From NCBI RefSeq assembly GCF_963921235.1, contig NC_086097.1, positions 4,526,001 through 4,590,000 of the forward strand: a stretch of 64,000 bases of DNA, written 5' to 3'. The stretch is from Mobula hypostoma. Lineage: Eukaryota. Of the stretch, positions 23,590-37,398 are shown one piece after another. Positions within the stretch are counted from its first letter, which is position 1; the number at the start of each line of letters is the position of its first letter. The notes beneath the pieces are model-generated. The model made no database searches, had not been told where the DNA came from, and was given only the letters and a program-made list of their open reading frames with translations. Position numbers and translations under genes: made by a program.

Positions 23590-26500
23590 AGAATGGGAAC
23601 CACAGTGCCAGAACATAGTGGAGAGGCTGTGGAGGCAGATGTTAGCAAGATCTCAGACAAAGTTAGGAATCTAAAGGTTGTGCATGGTGTGACTAATGGC
23701 CAGAGCTCCATATATTTCAATACAAGAGGTATCGTAGGAAAGGCGGATGATAGTGCTGAAGATGAGGTAGCTGGTTTACAAACAGAGGCGATGTGTAGTG
23801 AGGAAAGGCTGTTGATAGGAAAAAATTGTAGACAACAGGATGAGTTGTACTGTAAAACTGGACAAAATCAAAAAGGATGAATACAGGTGTGAATGTGTGC
23901 AGTATATAGAATAAGGTAGATGAACTTGTAGCACAGTTGCAGATTGGCAGGTATGATGTCATAGGCATCACTGAATCATGGCTGAAAGAAGACTATAGCT
24001 GGGAGTTTAATGTCCAAGGATACACATTGTATTGAAAGGACAAGCAGGAAGGCAGAGGGGTCGGCGTTGCTCTGATGGTAAAAAATGAAATCAAATTATT
24101 AGAAAGAGGTGTCAGAGGGTTGGAAGATGTTTAATCATTGTGGATAGAGTTAAGGAACTGCAAGGGTAAAAAGAGCCTGACGGGAGTTGTATACAGACCC
24201 CCAAACAGAGGTAAGGATGTGGTCTACAAGTTACAACAGGAGACAGAAAATGCATGCCAAAAGGACAATGTTACAATAGTCACAGGGGACTTCAATATAG
24301 AACATAGAACATAGAATAGTACAGCACAGTACAGGCCCCTCAGCCCACAATGTTGTGCCGACCCTCAAACCCTGCCTCCCATATAACCCCCCAACTTAAA
24401 TTCCTCCATATACCTGTCTAGTAGTCTCTGAAATTTCACTAGTGTATCTGCCTCCACCGCTGACTCAGGCAGTGTATTCCACACACCTACCACTCTCTGA
24501 GTAAAAATCCTTCCTCTAATATCCCCCTTGAACTTCCCACCCCTTACCTTAAAGCCATGTCCTCTTGTATTGAGCAGTGGTGCCCTGGGGAAGAGGTGCT
24601 GGCTATCCACTGTATCTATTTCTCTTAATATCTTGTATACCTCTATCATGTCTCCTATTATCCTCCTTCTCTCCAAAGAGCAAAGCCCTAGCTCCCTTAA
24701 TCTCAGATCATAATCCATACTCTCTAAACCAGGCAGCATCCTGGTAAATCTCCTTTGTACCCTTTCCAATGCTTCCACATCCTTCCTATAGTGAGGCGAC
24801 CAGAAGTGGACACAGTACTCCAAGTGTGGCCTAACCAGAGTTTTATAGAGCTGCATCATTAAAATATGCCTGATTTCAGGAGGGTGAATTTCTAGGCTGC
24901 CTACGAGATGGCTTTTTAGAGCATCTTGTGGTTGAGCCCACTAGCAGATCAGTTATACAGCACTGGGTGTTGTGCAAGGTACCAGAACTGATAAGAGATT
25001 AAGGTAAAAGAATGCCTCGGGGAAAGTGATCATAATATGATTGAATTCCCCCCGAAATTTGAGAACTGAGGAGAAACTGAAGTCAGATGTATGGTATTAC
25101 AGTGGAGTAAAGGGAATTACAGAGGCATGTGAAAGGAGCTAGCCAGAATTGATTGGCAAAGAACACTGGCAGGGATGATGGCAGAGCAGCAATAGCTGGA
25201 ATCTCTGGAGGCAATTCAGAAGGCACAGGGTAGATACGTCCTAAAGAGGAAGAAGTATTCAAAAGGAAAGATGACACAACCAAGGCTAACAAGAGAAGTC
25301 AAAAAAGCCAGCATAAAAGCCAAAGTGAGGTCATATAATAGAGCAAAAATTAATGGGAAGTTAGAGGATTGGGAAGCTTTTAAAAATGAATAGAAGACAA
25401 CTAAAAATGTCAATAGGAAAGGAAACATGGAGCACTAAAGTAAGCTAGCCAATAATAATAAAGAGGAACCAAAGATTTCTTCAGATACATAAAGTGTAAA
25501 AGATAGGCTAGAGTAGATATCGGACCACTGGAAAATGATGCTGGAAGATGCTAGCTGTAAGGTGGAAGTCCCACGTTTCAGGTGGCATGAAGTGTGTGAA
25601 GTTACCATAACTAGGGAGAGGGGCTTTGAGTGATCTGTAGGTAGATAGGTCACCAGGACCAGATGGTGTATACCATAGAGTTCTGAAGGGATCATGGAGG
25701 CATTAGTAATGATCTTATAAGAATCTCTAGATTCTGGAATGGTTCCGGAATACTGGAAAATTGCAAACGTCACTCCACTCTTCAAGAAGGGAGAGAGGTA
25801 GAAGAAAGGAAACTATTGGCCAGTTAGTCTGACCTTAGTGGTTGGGAAGATGTTGAATTTAATTAATAAGGATGAAGTCTCAGAGTAATTGGAGGCACAT
25901 GATAAAGTAGGTTGAAGTCCACAAGGGAAAATCTTATCTGACAAATCTGTTGAAATTTTTTGAAGAAATGACAAGCAGAATAGACAAAAGGAGAATCGGT
26001 TGATGTTGTGTACTTCAATATTCAGAAGGCTTTTGACAAGGTGCCACATATGAGGCTGTTTAACAAGCTACGAGGCCATGGTATTACAGGAAAGATTCTA
26101 GCATGGATAAAGTAGTGGCTGATTGTCAGGAGGCAGAGAGTGGGAATAAAGGGAGCCTTTTCTGGTTGGCTGCCAGTGACTAGTGGTGTTCCACAGGGGT
26201 CTGCTTTGAGACCGATTCTTTTTACGTTATATGATTTGGATGATGGAATTGATGGCTTTGTGGCAACGTTTTCAGTCAATATGAAGATAATTGGAGGGGC
26301 GGGTGGCTTTGACGAAGTAGAGAGGCTACAGAAGGACTTAGACAGATTAGGAGAATGAGCAAAAAATGGCAGATGGTATACAATGTCGGGAAGTGTATGG
26401 TCATGCACTTTGGTAGAAGAAATGAAGGGGTTGACTATTTTCTAAATGGAGAGAAAATACAAAAAACTGAGGCACAAAGTGACTTGGGACTTTGGGGTTA

Positions 26501-27140
26501 ATTTACAGGCTGAGTCTGCAATGAGGAAGGCAAATGTGATGTTGGAATTCTTTTCAAGAGGACTGCAATATAAAAGCAACAACGTAATTTTGGGACTTTA
26601 TAAAGCACGGATGAGGTCTCACTTGGAGCATTGTGAGCAGTTTTGGACCCCTTATCTTAGAAAGGATGTGTTGAAACTGTAGAAGGTTCAAAGGAGTTTC
26701 ATGAAAATGATTCCAGGATTGAATGGCTTGTTGTATGAAGAGCATTCGATGGCTCTGGGCCTGTATTTACTGGAATTCGGAAGAGTGATGGGTGGCCTCA
26801 TTGAACCCTATCGAATGGTGAAAGGCCTTGATAGAGTGAATGTGGAGAGGATGTTTCCGATGGTGGGAGAGTCTAAGAGCAGAGGACCCAGCCTCAGAAT
26901 AGAGAGGCATCCTTTTAGAATGCAGATAAAAGGATGAATCTGTGGATTCTTTGCCACAGACAGCTGTGGAGGCCAAGTTATTGTGTATACTTATATTCTT
27001 GATTGGTTAGGGTATGAAGGGATACGGGGAGAAGGCAGGAGATTGGGGCTGAGAGGAAAATTGGATCAGCCCTGATGAAATGGCAGAGCAGAATCGATGG
27101 GCCAAATGGGTAATTCTGCTTCTATATCTTATGGTCTTAC
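23590..27140 (+). mobile_element. Long degenerate CR1 LINE (endonuclease to 3' UTR) with a nested younger CR1
   Basis: Endonuclease remnants, GWLPVTSGVPQGS, HLEHCEQFWTPYLRKD and a CR1 tail, with many stops. Confidence 0.88.
24296..24861 (-). mobile_element. Nested CR1 3' fragment
   Basis: Open 164-aa MMQLYKTLVRPHLEYCVHFWSPHYRKD... and an (ATAGAAC)n tail on the + strand. Confidence 0.9.
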
Positions 27141-27176
27141 AGGGCTTGTCAGCCGTAGTTGGCAGCTCATTTTGGA

Positions 27177-27248
27177 CAGGGTTTCCCAACCTTTTTTATG
27201 CCATTGAACCCCCACCATTACCTAAGGACCCCTGGTTGGGAACCCTTG
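27177..27248. mobile_element. 72-bp hAT/Charlie-like MITE
   Basis: CAGGGTTTCCCAACC...GGTTGGGAACCCTTG (13/15 inverted match). The flanking 8-mers attttgga and gtctagga match only 5/8. Confidence 0.6.
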
Positions 27249-28804
27249 GTCTAGGAGAGGGAAAACCTCTGATCTCACATCTGTGATGCCTTGCAGCTAT
27301 ACCCACTCCTGGGGAAGGCTTTGGGAGCAAACCCCGAGGGAGAAATTCAGAGCTGGAGCCTATATCACAGTTCGATGCTGAGTTAAAGGCTGACTGGCAG
27401 CTCCTGTGATGCAGCTGGTTCCGAACTGTATCAGTCTCTGCCATTGCTTTGGATTCATCAGATGTGTGGAGAGGAGGAGCTTGCTACATGGGCAACAGCT
27501 TGCTTTCCATATTATACCTCCCTGGCATCTGACTCAACTTCACTAGATGGCTAAGGGGCAACATCCTTGGCTGCCCCTGACCAACGAAGGGCCCAGCTCC
27601 CCATCAACTTAACTCTTCTCAATAGGATCAATATTCATTGTTCAAACTTTCCAGTTCAAAGATATTGAAGCTAAAACTGTCAGATACTAAATATTTATGA
27701 GCATCATAGGTAGCTTTTCAGTTGGAAATATATGTTTGGATTTTATTATTGCAATAACAGGAATTCTTTTATTGTGCCCATGAAGTCGACGCCAACTTTG
27801 CCGCCTCTCCAGGTGCTCATAAAGATAGAAATTGAGAAGCTGTAAATTCAGCGATAACTTGTTCCACTCCATGGTGCTAATTTGCAGCCTTTGAAGATAA
27901 AATCAATTAAAAATCATTGACTTGATGAGAACTATTAAAAATCCATCCTTGCTCTAAATTGAATAAGATGAGAGTGAGTTTTAAATTGATTTCAATAAAC
28001 ACAGTTGAACAACCTCACTGGTCCTGAAAAAATAATTTTATGCTTGGAACCAGGTTTCCTAAGACAAACTTTTTCCAACTTCCACATTCTCTAAAATAAT
28101 TACTGAACAATATTTTATGTTATTTAAATTTGTTAATGATTTTATTTAGTTTTAATTTTATTTTATTGAGATACAGCATGGAGTAGGCCTTCTGGCCCTT
28201 TGAGCTGTGGCACCCAGCAGTCCCTCAATTTAACCCGAGCTTAATTACGAGATAATTTACAATGACCAATTAAACTCTGAACTGGTAAGTCTTTGGTCTG
28301 TGAGAGAAAATCAGAGCACCCAGGGGAAATCCACACGGTAACAGGAAGAATGTACTAACTCCTTACAGGCAGCAGTGGGATTGAACCTAGTCACTGGTAC
28401 GGTAAAGCGTTGTGCTAACACTACACTACCATGCCACTCCTATGATATTTGACTTCTATCCTTAACCTGGCCTTCATTACCTTCTCTGTAAAATGTTTCA
28501 ACAATTAGTGTAAGAAATAAGATTTTTTATCTCTCTGGTTTGCAGATTGGATGCTCATTGGATGACATCACTCTTGATGGAAGATAGAGATTTCCCATTT
28601 GATCTTTGGAAGGAAAGTTGCAATCCATGCCCCAGGAGCTTATTGGACCTTTGTGAGTTTGTTTCTTTCAGATCAATGGTAAATGCCATCACTTAGCTGC
28701 TGATTTGAAAAATCTGGGTCAGAAATTTCAACTCTTTTGGCCTTCCTCCTTTCAAAGCTCTTGTCCCGAATATACTGTACCTCAGAGCTATACAGTTACG
28801 TTAT

Positions 28805-29345
28805 AGAGTCATAGAACATTACAGCTCAGAAACAGGCCCTTTGGCCCATCTAGTCAATGACAAGCTATTAATCTGCCGAGTCCCATCGACCTGCAACTGG
28901 ACCATACCCCAATCATCCACATGCCTATCCAAACTTCTCTTAAATGTTGAAATGCACCGCTTTTGCTGGCAGCTCATTCCACACTCTCAGCACCCTCTGA
29001 GTGAAGAAGTTGTCCTTCACATTCCCCTTAAATATTTCACTTTTTAACCTTAACCCATGACCTTTAGTTCTCATCTCACCTAAACTCAATGGAAAAATCC
29101 TGCTTGCATTTACCCTGTTAATTTTCCTCATAATTTTGCATATCTCTCAAATCTCCTCTCAATCTCCTTTGCTCTAGGGAATAAGACCCTAAACTATTTC
29201 CCTATAATTTAGGTCTTCAATTCTCAGCAACATCCCTGTAAATTATTCTCTGCACTATTTCAATCATTGATAACTTTCTTACAGGTAGGTGACCAGAACT
29301 CCACACAATAGTCCAAATTTGGCCTCACCATTGTCTTAAATGACT
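28805..29345 (-). mobile_element. CR1 3' fragment
   Basis: RTKGHGLRLK...FFTQRVLRVWNELP plus a CR1 tail. Confidence 0.8.
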
Positions 29346-29477
29346 TCAATGTAAGGGCTTATAAAATGAGGGTAGTAAATTTAACCCAAGGCATTTTCTC
29401 CATTCTCATAACTATCTGCCACATATCATCTCTGCAAAGCAGAACATAGCCTATTTTTGTTGTTGCAGTTGACTCAC

Positions 29478-29748
29478 CCAATCCGTAATGTATTTATTAG
29501 TGTCTGAAAACTGGTAATGGTTAGATTCTGTTCAACGCCTGCCAGTTTTCCTGGGTCCGGTAGTATTAGTACCAAGGAAGCATTTCCTTTATATGGAACC
29601 AAGATCACGGAACTGGAGAGCTTTTCATCATAATTCATTGCATATCTTCCCTTGCACTTCATCATTTGAACTTTAACTGTTGTGGTATCATCCACATGAA
29701 AATCAGCTTCGTGAGTGTTCACGGGATCAAAAGGCTTCACCCATTTAC
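29478..29748 (-). CDS. Clade A serpin exon 3 (271 nt)
   Basis: Acceptor atttccctacag|GT completes the Gly codon, giving GKWVKPFDPVNTHEADFHVDDTTTVKVQMM...VPYKGNASLVLILPDPGKL. Donor ATTGG|gtgagt, phase 2. Frame is continuous with exons 2 and 4. Confidence 0.96.
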
Positions 29749-30714
29749 CTGTAGGGAAATAGACACAGATATTAAAACACTGACCTCATCTCAAAACTTA
29801 AGGACCTTTCGTCACAAGTTGTTTTCAAATCCCACCAACTCCCCCCATGCTCTGACACGTCTTTCACCTCCTCCTGCCCCACACTCCAGGAAAATCAACA
29901 AATGCAGTTTTGTTTTTTGCTGCACATCACTGCCACCAGCCTACCTGTCATCGAGGACGTATATACAGAAAAGTGCTGGAAAAGAGCAGTAACATCATGA
30001 AGGGTCCCACCCACCCTGCTCATGGACTGCTTGTCCCAGTCCCATTAAGGAGGAGGCTACATAGCGTCCATACCAGGACCACCCGACTCAAAAACAGTTA
30101 CTTTCCCCAAGCTGTAATGCTGATCAACCCCTCTACCCACTAACCCACCCACCCTCCACACGCCCAGCTACCACCACTTTATCATTTCCTGTCAGAATCA
30201 CCACACGTATTGACACTCCTGTGCTGAGCATTGCTTCATGGTCACACACCAGTTTATCGTCCAAGAGGACCACAATCTTGTAGGGTTTGGAGGCTTGTGT
30301 GTCCCAATGACTCAGAGAGCTCTGTTGCTGGAGTCAGGGCTCCTGGTAGGGTCAGCCATGCCAAACAGGTCAAAGAGTAGTGGTGGTATATACTGAATGC
30401 AGAGTACTGCAGCAGTCATGTCATAGTCATCGTGGCAATGTAGAGCACAGAACTGGAGACTCAAGGGACTGCAGATACTGGACCCGAAACAACATCAAGG
30501 AACTCAGCAGTTCAGGCAGCATCTGTGGACGGAAATAGACACTCGACATTTTGGGTTGAGACTCTTCCGAAAGAAGATGGCGTGAGCCACATCCTGGCCC
30601 ATTGCGCTGCAGGAATATAGGGCAGCAATGAAGATCCACCATCCCTGTCTGTATAGGATTCTTCATTGCTGTTTCTATAACAATTTTGTTTCACCAGTCA
30701 GGGTTGTTAGCCCT

Positions 30715-31325
30715 CACACAAGAGCAGAGGTGTGATTCTGAAGCTTTATAAAGCACCAGTGAGGCCTCACCTTGAGTACTATGAGCAGTTTCAGACTCCT
30801 CATCTAAGAAAAGATGTGCTGGTATTGGAGAGGTTTCAGAGGAGGTTCACAAACATTATTCAGGAAATGAAAGGGTTATCATATAAGGAACATTTGATGG
30901 CTCTGGGTCTATACTCGCTGGAATTCAGAAGGATGAGGGGGGATCTCATTTAAACCTTTCAAATGTTGAAAGCCCTAGACAGAGTAGATGTGGAAAGGAT
31001 GTTTCTCATGCTGAGAAAGCCTAGGTCAAGAGGGCACAGCCTCACGATAAAGGGGTGTCCATTTAAAACAGAGATGTGAAGAAACTTCTTTAGTAGAGCA
31101 TGGTGAATTTGTGGAATTTGTTACTACAAGCATCTGTGGAGGCCAGGTCACTGGGTGTATTTAAGGCAGGGATTGATAGGTTCTTGATTGGCCATGGCTT
31201 CAAAGGTTACAGGGAGAAGGCTAGGGAGTGGGCTGAGGAGGGAAAATAAAAGGATCAGCCATGTTTGAATGGCAGAGCAGACGCGATGGGCCAAGTGGCC
31301 TAATTCTGCTCATACGTCGTATGGT
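30715..31325 (+). mobile_element. CR1 3' fragment
   Basis: LKLYKAPVRPHLEYYEQFQTPHLRKD...GLYSLEFRRMRGDLI plus 3' UTR. Confidence 0.85.
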
Positions 31326-33169
31326 CGTATTCTCAAAATGGGTCATGAAGAAATTCCTTTCACTTTCACATCTTTTTATTTCAGATATGGTCCTACCACT
31401 GCTAGAGCCCGTAATCTACAGTTTGGCGATCAGGCGATCTGGCACTTTGCTGTCTCTGAGATGGTTCCACAAGGCTGCAACCAAAGGACGCAGGCTGGAG
31501 ATGTGGTGCGAGTCCATGATCAACTCTATCTCTCGCCAGTCTCACTGATTAAATCATTGAGGAAGATTGAAATCATGGTGGCGAGTGAGTGTTCAGCACC
31601 ATCTATCAGCCTCTCACTCGCTGCCGCTGCAGAAGGTGCCTCAGTGTGATGGTCTCTCGATTGCTGCTCCCGAGGGAAGGTCCTTGCATTTGAGTGATCT
31701 CTCTCCTGCTCAAAGATGTCGGTGCGTTGGGCCGGAGCAAAATTTAATTGATGCAGATTGTACATTGGACTCTAATCCGGGTTTTATGATGTGTTCCATT
31801 TCTAGATCTAGTTCTCATCACTTTTTTTCCCCACTACTACTTTTGGGCCACTTGTCGATAGTGAACACTGAGCTGAAACTGTACTGAAATATGCCTTTTG
31901 TGTTTTATATTCTGTGTCTCTGATCTGTTTTTTTGGTTCCCATTTGCACATGAGCAGTGAGCCGTTCAATGTTTGATGTTTTTCTTTGAATGGGTTGGTT
32001 CAATGATTTTCTTTGTTTCATGACTGATTGCAAAAATGAATTTCAGAGTTAAATACTGCATGCATACTTTGATAATAAATGCACTTTGAACTTTTGAACT
32101 TGTTGAACTTTATATGGACTGAAAGATCAGTCCAGAATGATGTTAGTCATATCTTTCCAACCAAGCCAAAATCAAGTTAATTCCAACTCCTATTCCTTGG
32201 TCAGTTGACCTGAAGGTCATGGCTGAAGGTTGTTCTTAGTAACAGATTTTTTTTGATGTGGAGAAGGGTTCTGCCTCAAATCATCCTTTAGGCAGTAAGA
32301 TTCAAACCTCCACCACTTGTTCAGGTTGATAATTTTATCGCAATTTTCCAATAATTAACTTTATCCTTATGCCCCTATATACTAACCTCTGCTAAGAGAA
32401 ATGGATCCTTTCTGTTTATCCTGTTTCACCAGAAAACTGCTCTTATTAATGTGTTACTGCAAGCTGCTGGCAGTCTCACATACCAGACATCAGCCGCTTT
32501 CTGCTTCGACTACAAAAGCTGTCATGTCTGAGTTAAGAAGCAAGTAGGGACAGACACCAGCCAGCCTGTGTTCTGAGTCACCGGTCCTGCTGCCCTACAG
32601 CCCAACCCTGTTCCTGGTTCTGAGCTACCAGTGCTGTCTGCATGGATTTTGCATGTTTGTCCTGTCACTGAGTTGTCATTTTTCTCCCTCAGGCCAATTA
32701 GCTGGTGCAAATTAGCCCCCACTCAAAGTATGTGGGGAGAGTGGAATCTCCACAGTTAAAGGGTATCTGATGGGGGACTTGTCTTTGAAAGTAAATAGGC
32801 AGGTGATACTTACAAAATTGCTTTGAGAGCAGACAGAGCTTTGACAGGCAGAGTGGCCTCCTCTAGATGCAAGGCCTGAAAGAAAGCATTATAGTGTCCA
32901 TATTTACTGCCCAACATGTCACCTGGACATACCTGACAGGACAATGCAGCCACCTCAGAGGGCCCAGAGACTACATGAGTCAGCTTGAACGTGCTATGCA
33001 GCCAAAGTTCAAAGTAAATTTATTATCAAAGTACGTATATGTCGTCTTATACAACACTGACATTGTTTTTCTTGTGGGCATTCACCGTAGATAGAAGAAA
33101 CACAACAGAACAGACAAAAAAGCAAGTGCAAAAAAACAATAATAATAATAATAACAAATAAATAAGTAA

Positions 33170-33940
33170 TAAATTTCAAGAACATGAGATGAAGAGTCCT
33201 TGAAAGGGTAGTCTATAGCTTGTGGGAAAATTTTAATGATGGGGTGAGTGAAATTGAGTGAAGTTATCCCCTTTTGGTTCAAGAGCCTGATAGTTGAGAT
33301 GTAATAACTGTTCCTGAACCAGACAGTTTAAGTCCTGAGGCTCCTGTACCTTCTTCTTGATGGCAGTACTGAGAAGAGAGCAAGGCCTGGATGGTGGGGG
33401 TTTTTGGTGATGGATGCTGCTTTCCTGTGACAGTGCTCTGTTTAGATGTGTTTAGTGGTATGGGGGGCTTTATCTGTGATGGACTGGGTCATGTCTGCTA
33501 TTTTTTGTAGGATTTTCTGTGCATTGGTGTTTCCATACCTGGCCATGATGCAACCAGTCAATATACTCTCCACCACTATCAAAGTTTTCGATGTCATGGC
33601 AGATCTCCGCAAGCTTCTAAGGAAGAGGAGGTGCTGTTGTATTTTCCTTCATAATCACACTGACATGCCAGACCCAGGATAGATAACAATGAGGAATTTA
33701 AAGATGATGACCCTGTCCACCTTCGGTCCTCCAATGAGGACTGGATCATGGACCTCTGGTTTCCTCCTCCTGAAGCCAATAATCATCTCCTTGGTCTTAC
33801 TGGTTGTTGTTATGGCACTAGTCAGCCAGGTTTTCAATTTTCCTCCTATAAGCTGATTCATCACCACTTTTGATTGGGCCCACAATAGTGGTGTCATCAG
33901 CAAAGCTGAACATGACGTTAGAGTTATGCTTAGCCACACC
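33170..33940 (-). mobile_element. Degenerate Rex1/Babar-type LINE RT 3' region
   Basis: FADDTTIVG..GDESAYRRKIENL and SKTKEMIIGFRR. Confidence 0.7.
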
Positions 33941-35879
33941 AGTGACAGAATATTGAACCGGAATCACAGGGAGATGTCGTGAAATTTGTTGTTTTCTGAT
34001 GGCAGTACATTGCAATATATAATAAAAACTATAAATTAAAATAAGAAATTTATTTTAAAAATAAATTAAATAAGTAGTGCCAAAAGGGAGCAAAAAGAAA
34101 GAGGATATTGAGGTAACACACACAAAAATTGCTGGTGAACGCAGCAGGTCAGGCAGCATCTCTAGGAAGAGGTACAGTCGACGTTTCGGGCCGAGACCCT
34201 TCGTTAGGACTAACTGATTTAGTGTACATCAGGTAGTGTACATAGGTTCAATGTCCAATCAGAAATCTGATGGTTGTGGGAAGGGGCTGTTCCTGAAATG
34301 TTGAGAGTGTGTCTTCAGGCTCCTCAGGTAGATGAAGGATGTAAGTTATAAAGTCAATTCAATTCAGTTCAATGCCTGTACCTCCTCTTTGTTGGTAGGA
34401 ATTAGAAAAGGCCAAGTTCTAGGTAATGGGGGTCCTTAATGAGGGAGGCTACCTTTTTGAGCAAGGGAAATTTATTAGACGGATGATGGCAGGTTTCCCA
34501 AGAACATTCTCAATGCTGAACTGACTACTGGATCACATTTTGCTGAAAACCCATATCTCAATTAAAAGGATAACTGGAATCCAGATATGACACCAACATA
34601 TTGAATGGGGAGATCGCTGTTGAAAATTAGAACCTGGAGCTTGGCTATTCGAGACTAGGTAACCTATTGATGCCACAAGATGGTGGTGCGCCTCTCCGGC
34701 TCCAATCAACAGTGAAAATCCTTGTCCGGTTCATTTTTTCTATGATCGCAAAACTCTGCTGACTTCTACTGCACACCACATGCATTTGGAATTATATTTT
34801 ATTAACCTATTTATGGTAATATTTTTTGTTTTATGTGCTGTGTGTGAAATATGTATTGTGGGTGCACCATGGTCCAGAGGAACATTGTTTCATTTGGTTG
34901 TACCGTATACATGTATAGCCAGATAGCAATCAACCTGAAATTGAACTTGAAGAGAGGCAAGGAAAAGTGAAAAGCTCAGCGGATAGAGAAGATGGCCGAG
35001 ATACCACAGAGGACTGTATGTTCGCACCTTCTCAGTCCAGTGCTTTAAGCTGCAGGGGTTGCTGTCTCAGTATGCAACCTCAGAGCGGCACCTGAAGATC
35101 TCCAGCATGCAGCTGACCACCAAGGCTCAAACCTCCATTCTTTGGGGCTGGAAAGATGTCAAGCACAGAATTATAAAAGACTTAAAAACAAGGATCTAAT
35201 TCCTTTGTCATGAAGGTCAACAATTAGGATTTCCCTCTGTTCTGAGGCTATGCCCTCTGGTCTGAACTCGCTCAGTATAGGAAACATCCTCTCCACATCT
35301 ACTATATCTCGGCTTTTCAAGATGCAATAGGTTTCATTGATATCCCTCCTCATTCTTCTAAACTCCAGTGAGTACAGGCCCAGAGCCATCAAACACTCCT
35401 GGCAGGTTAACCCTTTCATTCCTGGAATCATCCTCTGAACTCCCCCCCCCCACCCCCGACCAAGGGTGGCAAATCTTTTCTTAGATAAAGAACCCAAAAT
35501 TGCTCACAATACCCCTAATGTGGTCACTAAATGCCTTATAAAACCTCAGCATTACATCCTTAATATTATACTCCAATTACTTTCAAATCACACCCCCATG
35601 TCCTAGTGCCACCTGTCTATAGCTCTCTAAGCTTTTCCTATTCATGTACTTACCAAGATGCTATACTGTGTTTGCCTCAATTACCATTTCTGACCAAATA
35701 TACACCACACTGCGTGAAGAAGCTCCTCTGATCTCCCTTTTAAGTCTCCTTGCTTTTGATTTTAAATCTCTGCAGTCTAGTTTGTCGCAGCTCCTCCATG
35801 GGAATAAGACCATGTGTTTTCTCTCTGTCTATGTCCGTCATGATCGCATACACCTTTATCAGATCGAACCTCAGTCTGC

Positions 35880-36520
35880 TACTTCCCGTCAAATGAGAGA
35901 ACGTTTCTCCGGACCATGGTGTAAATCACAGTAGTACGCATAACACACACTAACTTAGGAAAGTAGGGATAAAATTTACAGTTGAATTATGCATAAATAC
36001 ACAAAGTAAAGTGCATATATTACAGAATAGATTAACTGGTGACATGTTGAATGCGATGCAGCAGTTCAGAAGCCTAATGGCCTGGGGAGAGAAGCTGTTT
36101 CTCATCCTGACCATTCTTGTTTTTATGCATTGAAGTCTCCTGCCTGATGGTAGAAAGTCAAAGAGGATGCTGGATGGATGGGTGGGATCCTTTAAAATAA
36201 TAAGGGCCCTACATATACAATGTTCCTGATAAATATGCCCGATGGACGGTAGGGAGATGCCTATGATCTTCTCAGCTGTTCTCACCGTCCTTTGTGGGGA
36301 CTTCCAGTCTGATGCTCGGCTGTTCCCATTACAGATGGAGATGCAATTTGTCAGGACGCTCTCAGTGGTGCTCCTATAAATTTCATTTAAGACGGTGGAG
36401 GTTTGGGGAGCCTCGCTTGCCTCAGTCTCCTTAGGAAGTGGAGGTGCTGCTGTGCCTCCTCGTTCAGGGAAGTGATATTGAGGGATCTGTGATGTAAACT
36501 CCTGGGAACTTGGTGCACTT
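35880..36520 (-). mobile_element. Rex1/Babar-type LINE 3' fragment
   Basis: RTAEKIIGISLPSI...ILKDPTHPSSILFDFLPSGRRL...NSFSPQAIRLLN. Confidence 0.78.
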
Positions 36521-37398
36521 CCAAGTGAGGGCTCACCAATGCCTTATAAGACAGCGCCATAACTTCTCAGCTCCTGAGCTTAATGCCCCAACTGAAGGCC
36601 AGTGTGTCAAAAGGCTTCCTCACAACCCTGTCTACCTGAGAAATCACTTTCAGTGAAGTATACAGCTGCACTGTTCCATAATGCTCCCCAGGGCCCCACC
36701 ATTCATTGTATATGTTCTATGCTGATTTGATGCCAGAATACACAATACCTCACATTTATCTGGATTGAAAGCCATTTACCAACACTGAGTTATCAGTTCT
36801 TATAGAGATATAGAACAGTCATAGAACACTACAGCACAGAAAAAGACCTTTCAGCCCATCTTGCCCCTGCTGAACTATCAATCTGCCTAGTCCCATCAAC
36901 ATTCACCTGGACTACAGCCCTCCATACACCTCCCATCCATGTACATATACAAATTTCTCTAAAATATTGAAATTGAACCTGTATCCACCGCTTACGCTGG
37001 CATCCCATTCCACACTCTTAACATCCTCAGTTTCCCCTTAAACATTTCACCCTTCACTCTTAAACCATGACCTCTAGTTCTAGCCTTACCCAACCTCAGT
37101 GGAAAAAACCCTATCTATACCCCTCATAATTTTATATACAGTATATCAAATCTCCTCTCAGTCTTCTATGCTCTGGGGAATAAAGTCTGAACCTATTCAA
37201 CCTTTCCTTATAACTTGGATCTTCAAGTCGTGGAGCTGAGGACCTGAATTTCTGGAAGTGACTCCCAAAATAAATAACTGTAAAGTCAACAAATAGGAGA
37301 CAACTGAGAGAAATAGAACAATAAGTGATATAAGAAAGACATTCAGCTGTGGGGGGTCTGCTCAGATCCAACTAAAATTTCTGAGAAGAAACGCTTGC

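Noticed and set aside
34175..34212. Active hammerhead, sense in intron 2
   Set aside because: The core reads CTAACGA. The conserved G5 is mutated, so it is probably inactive.
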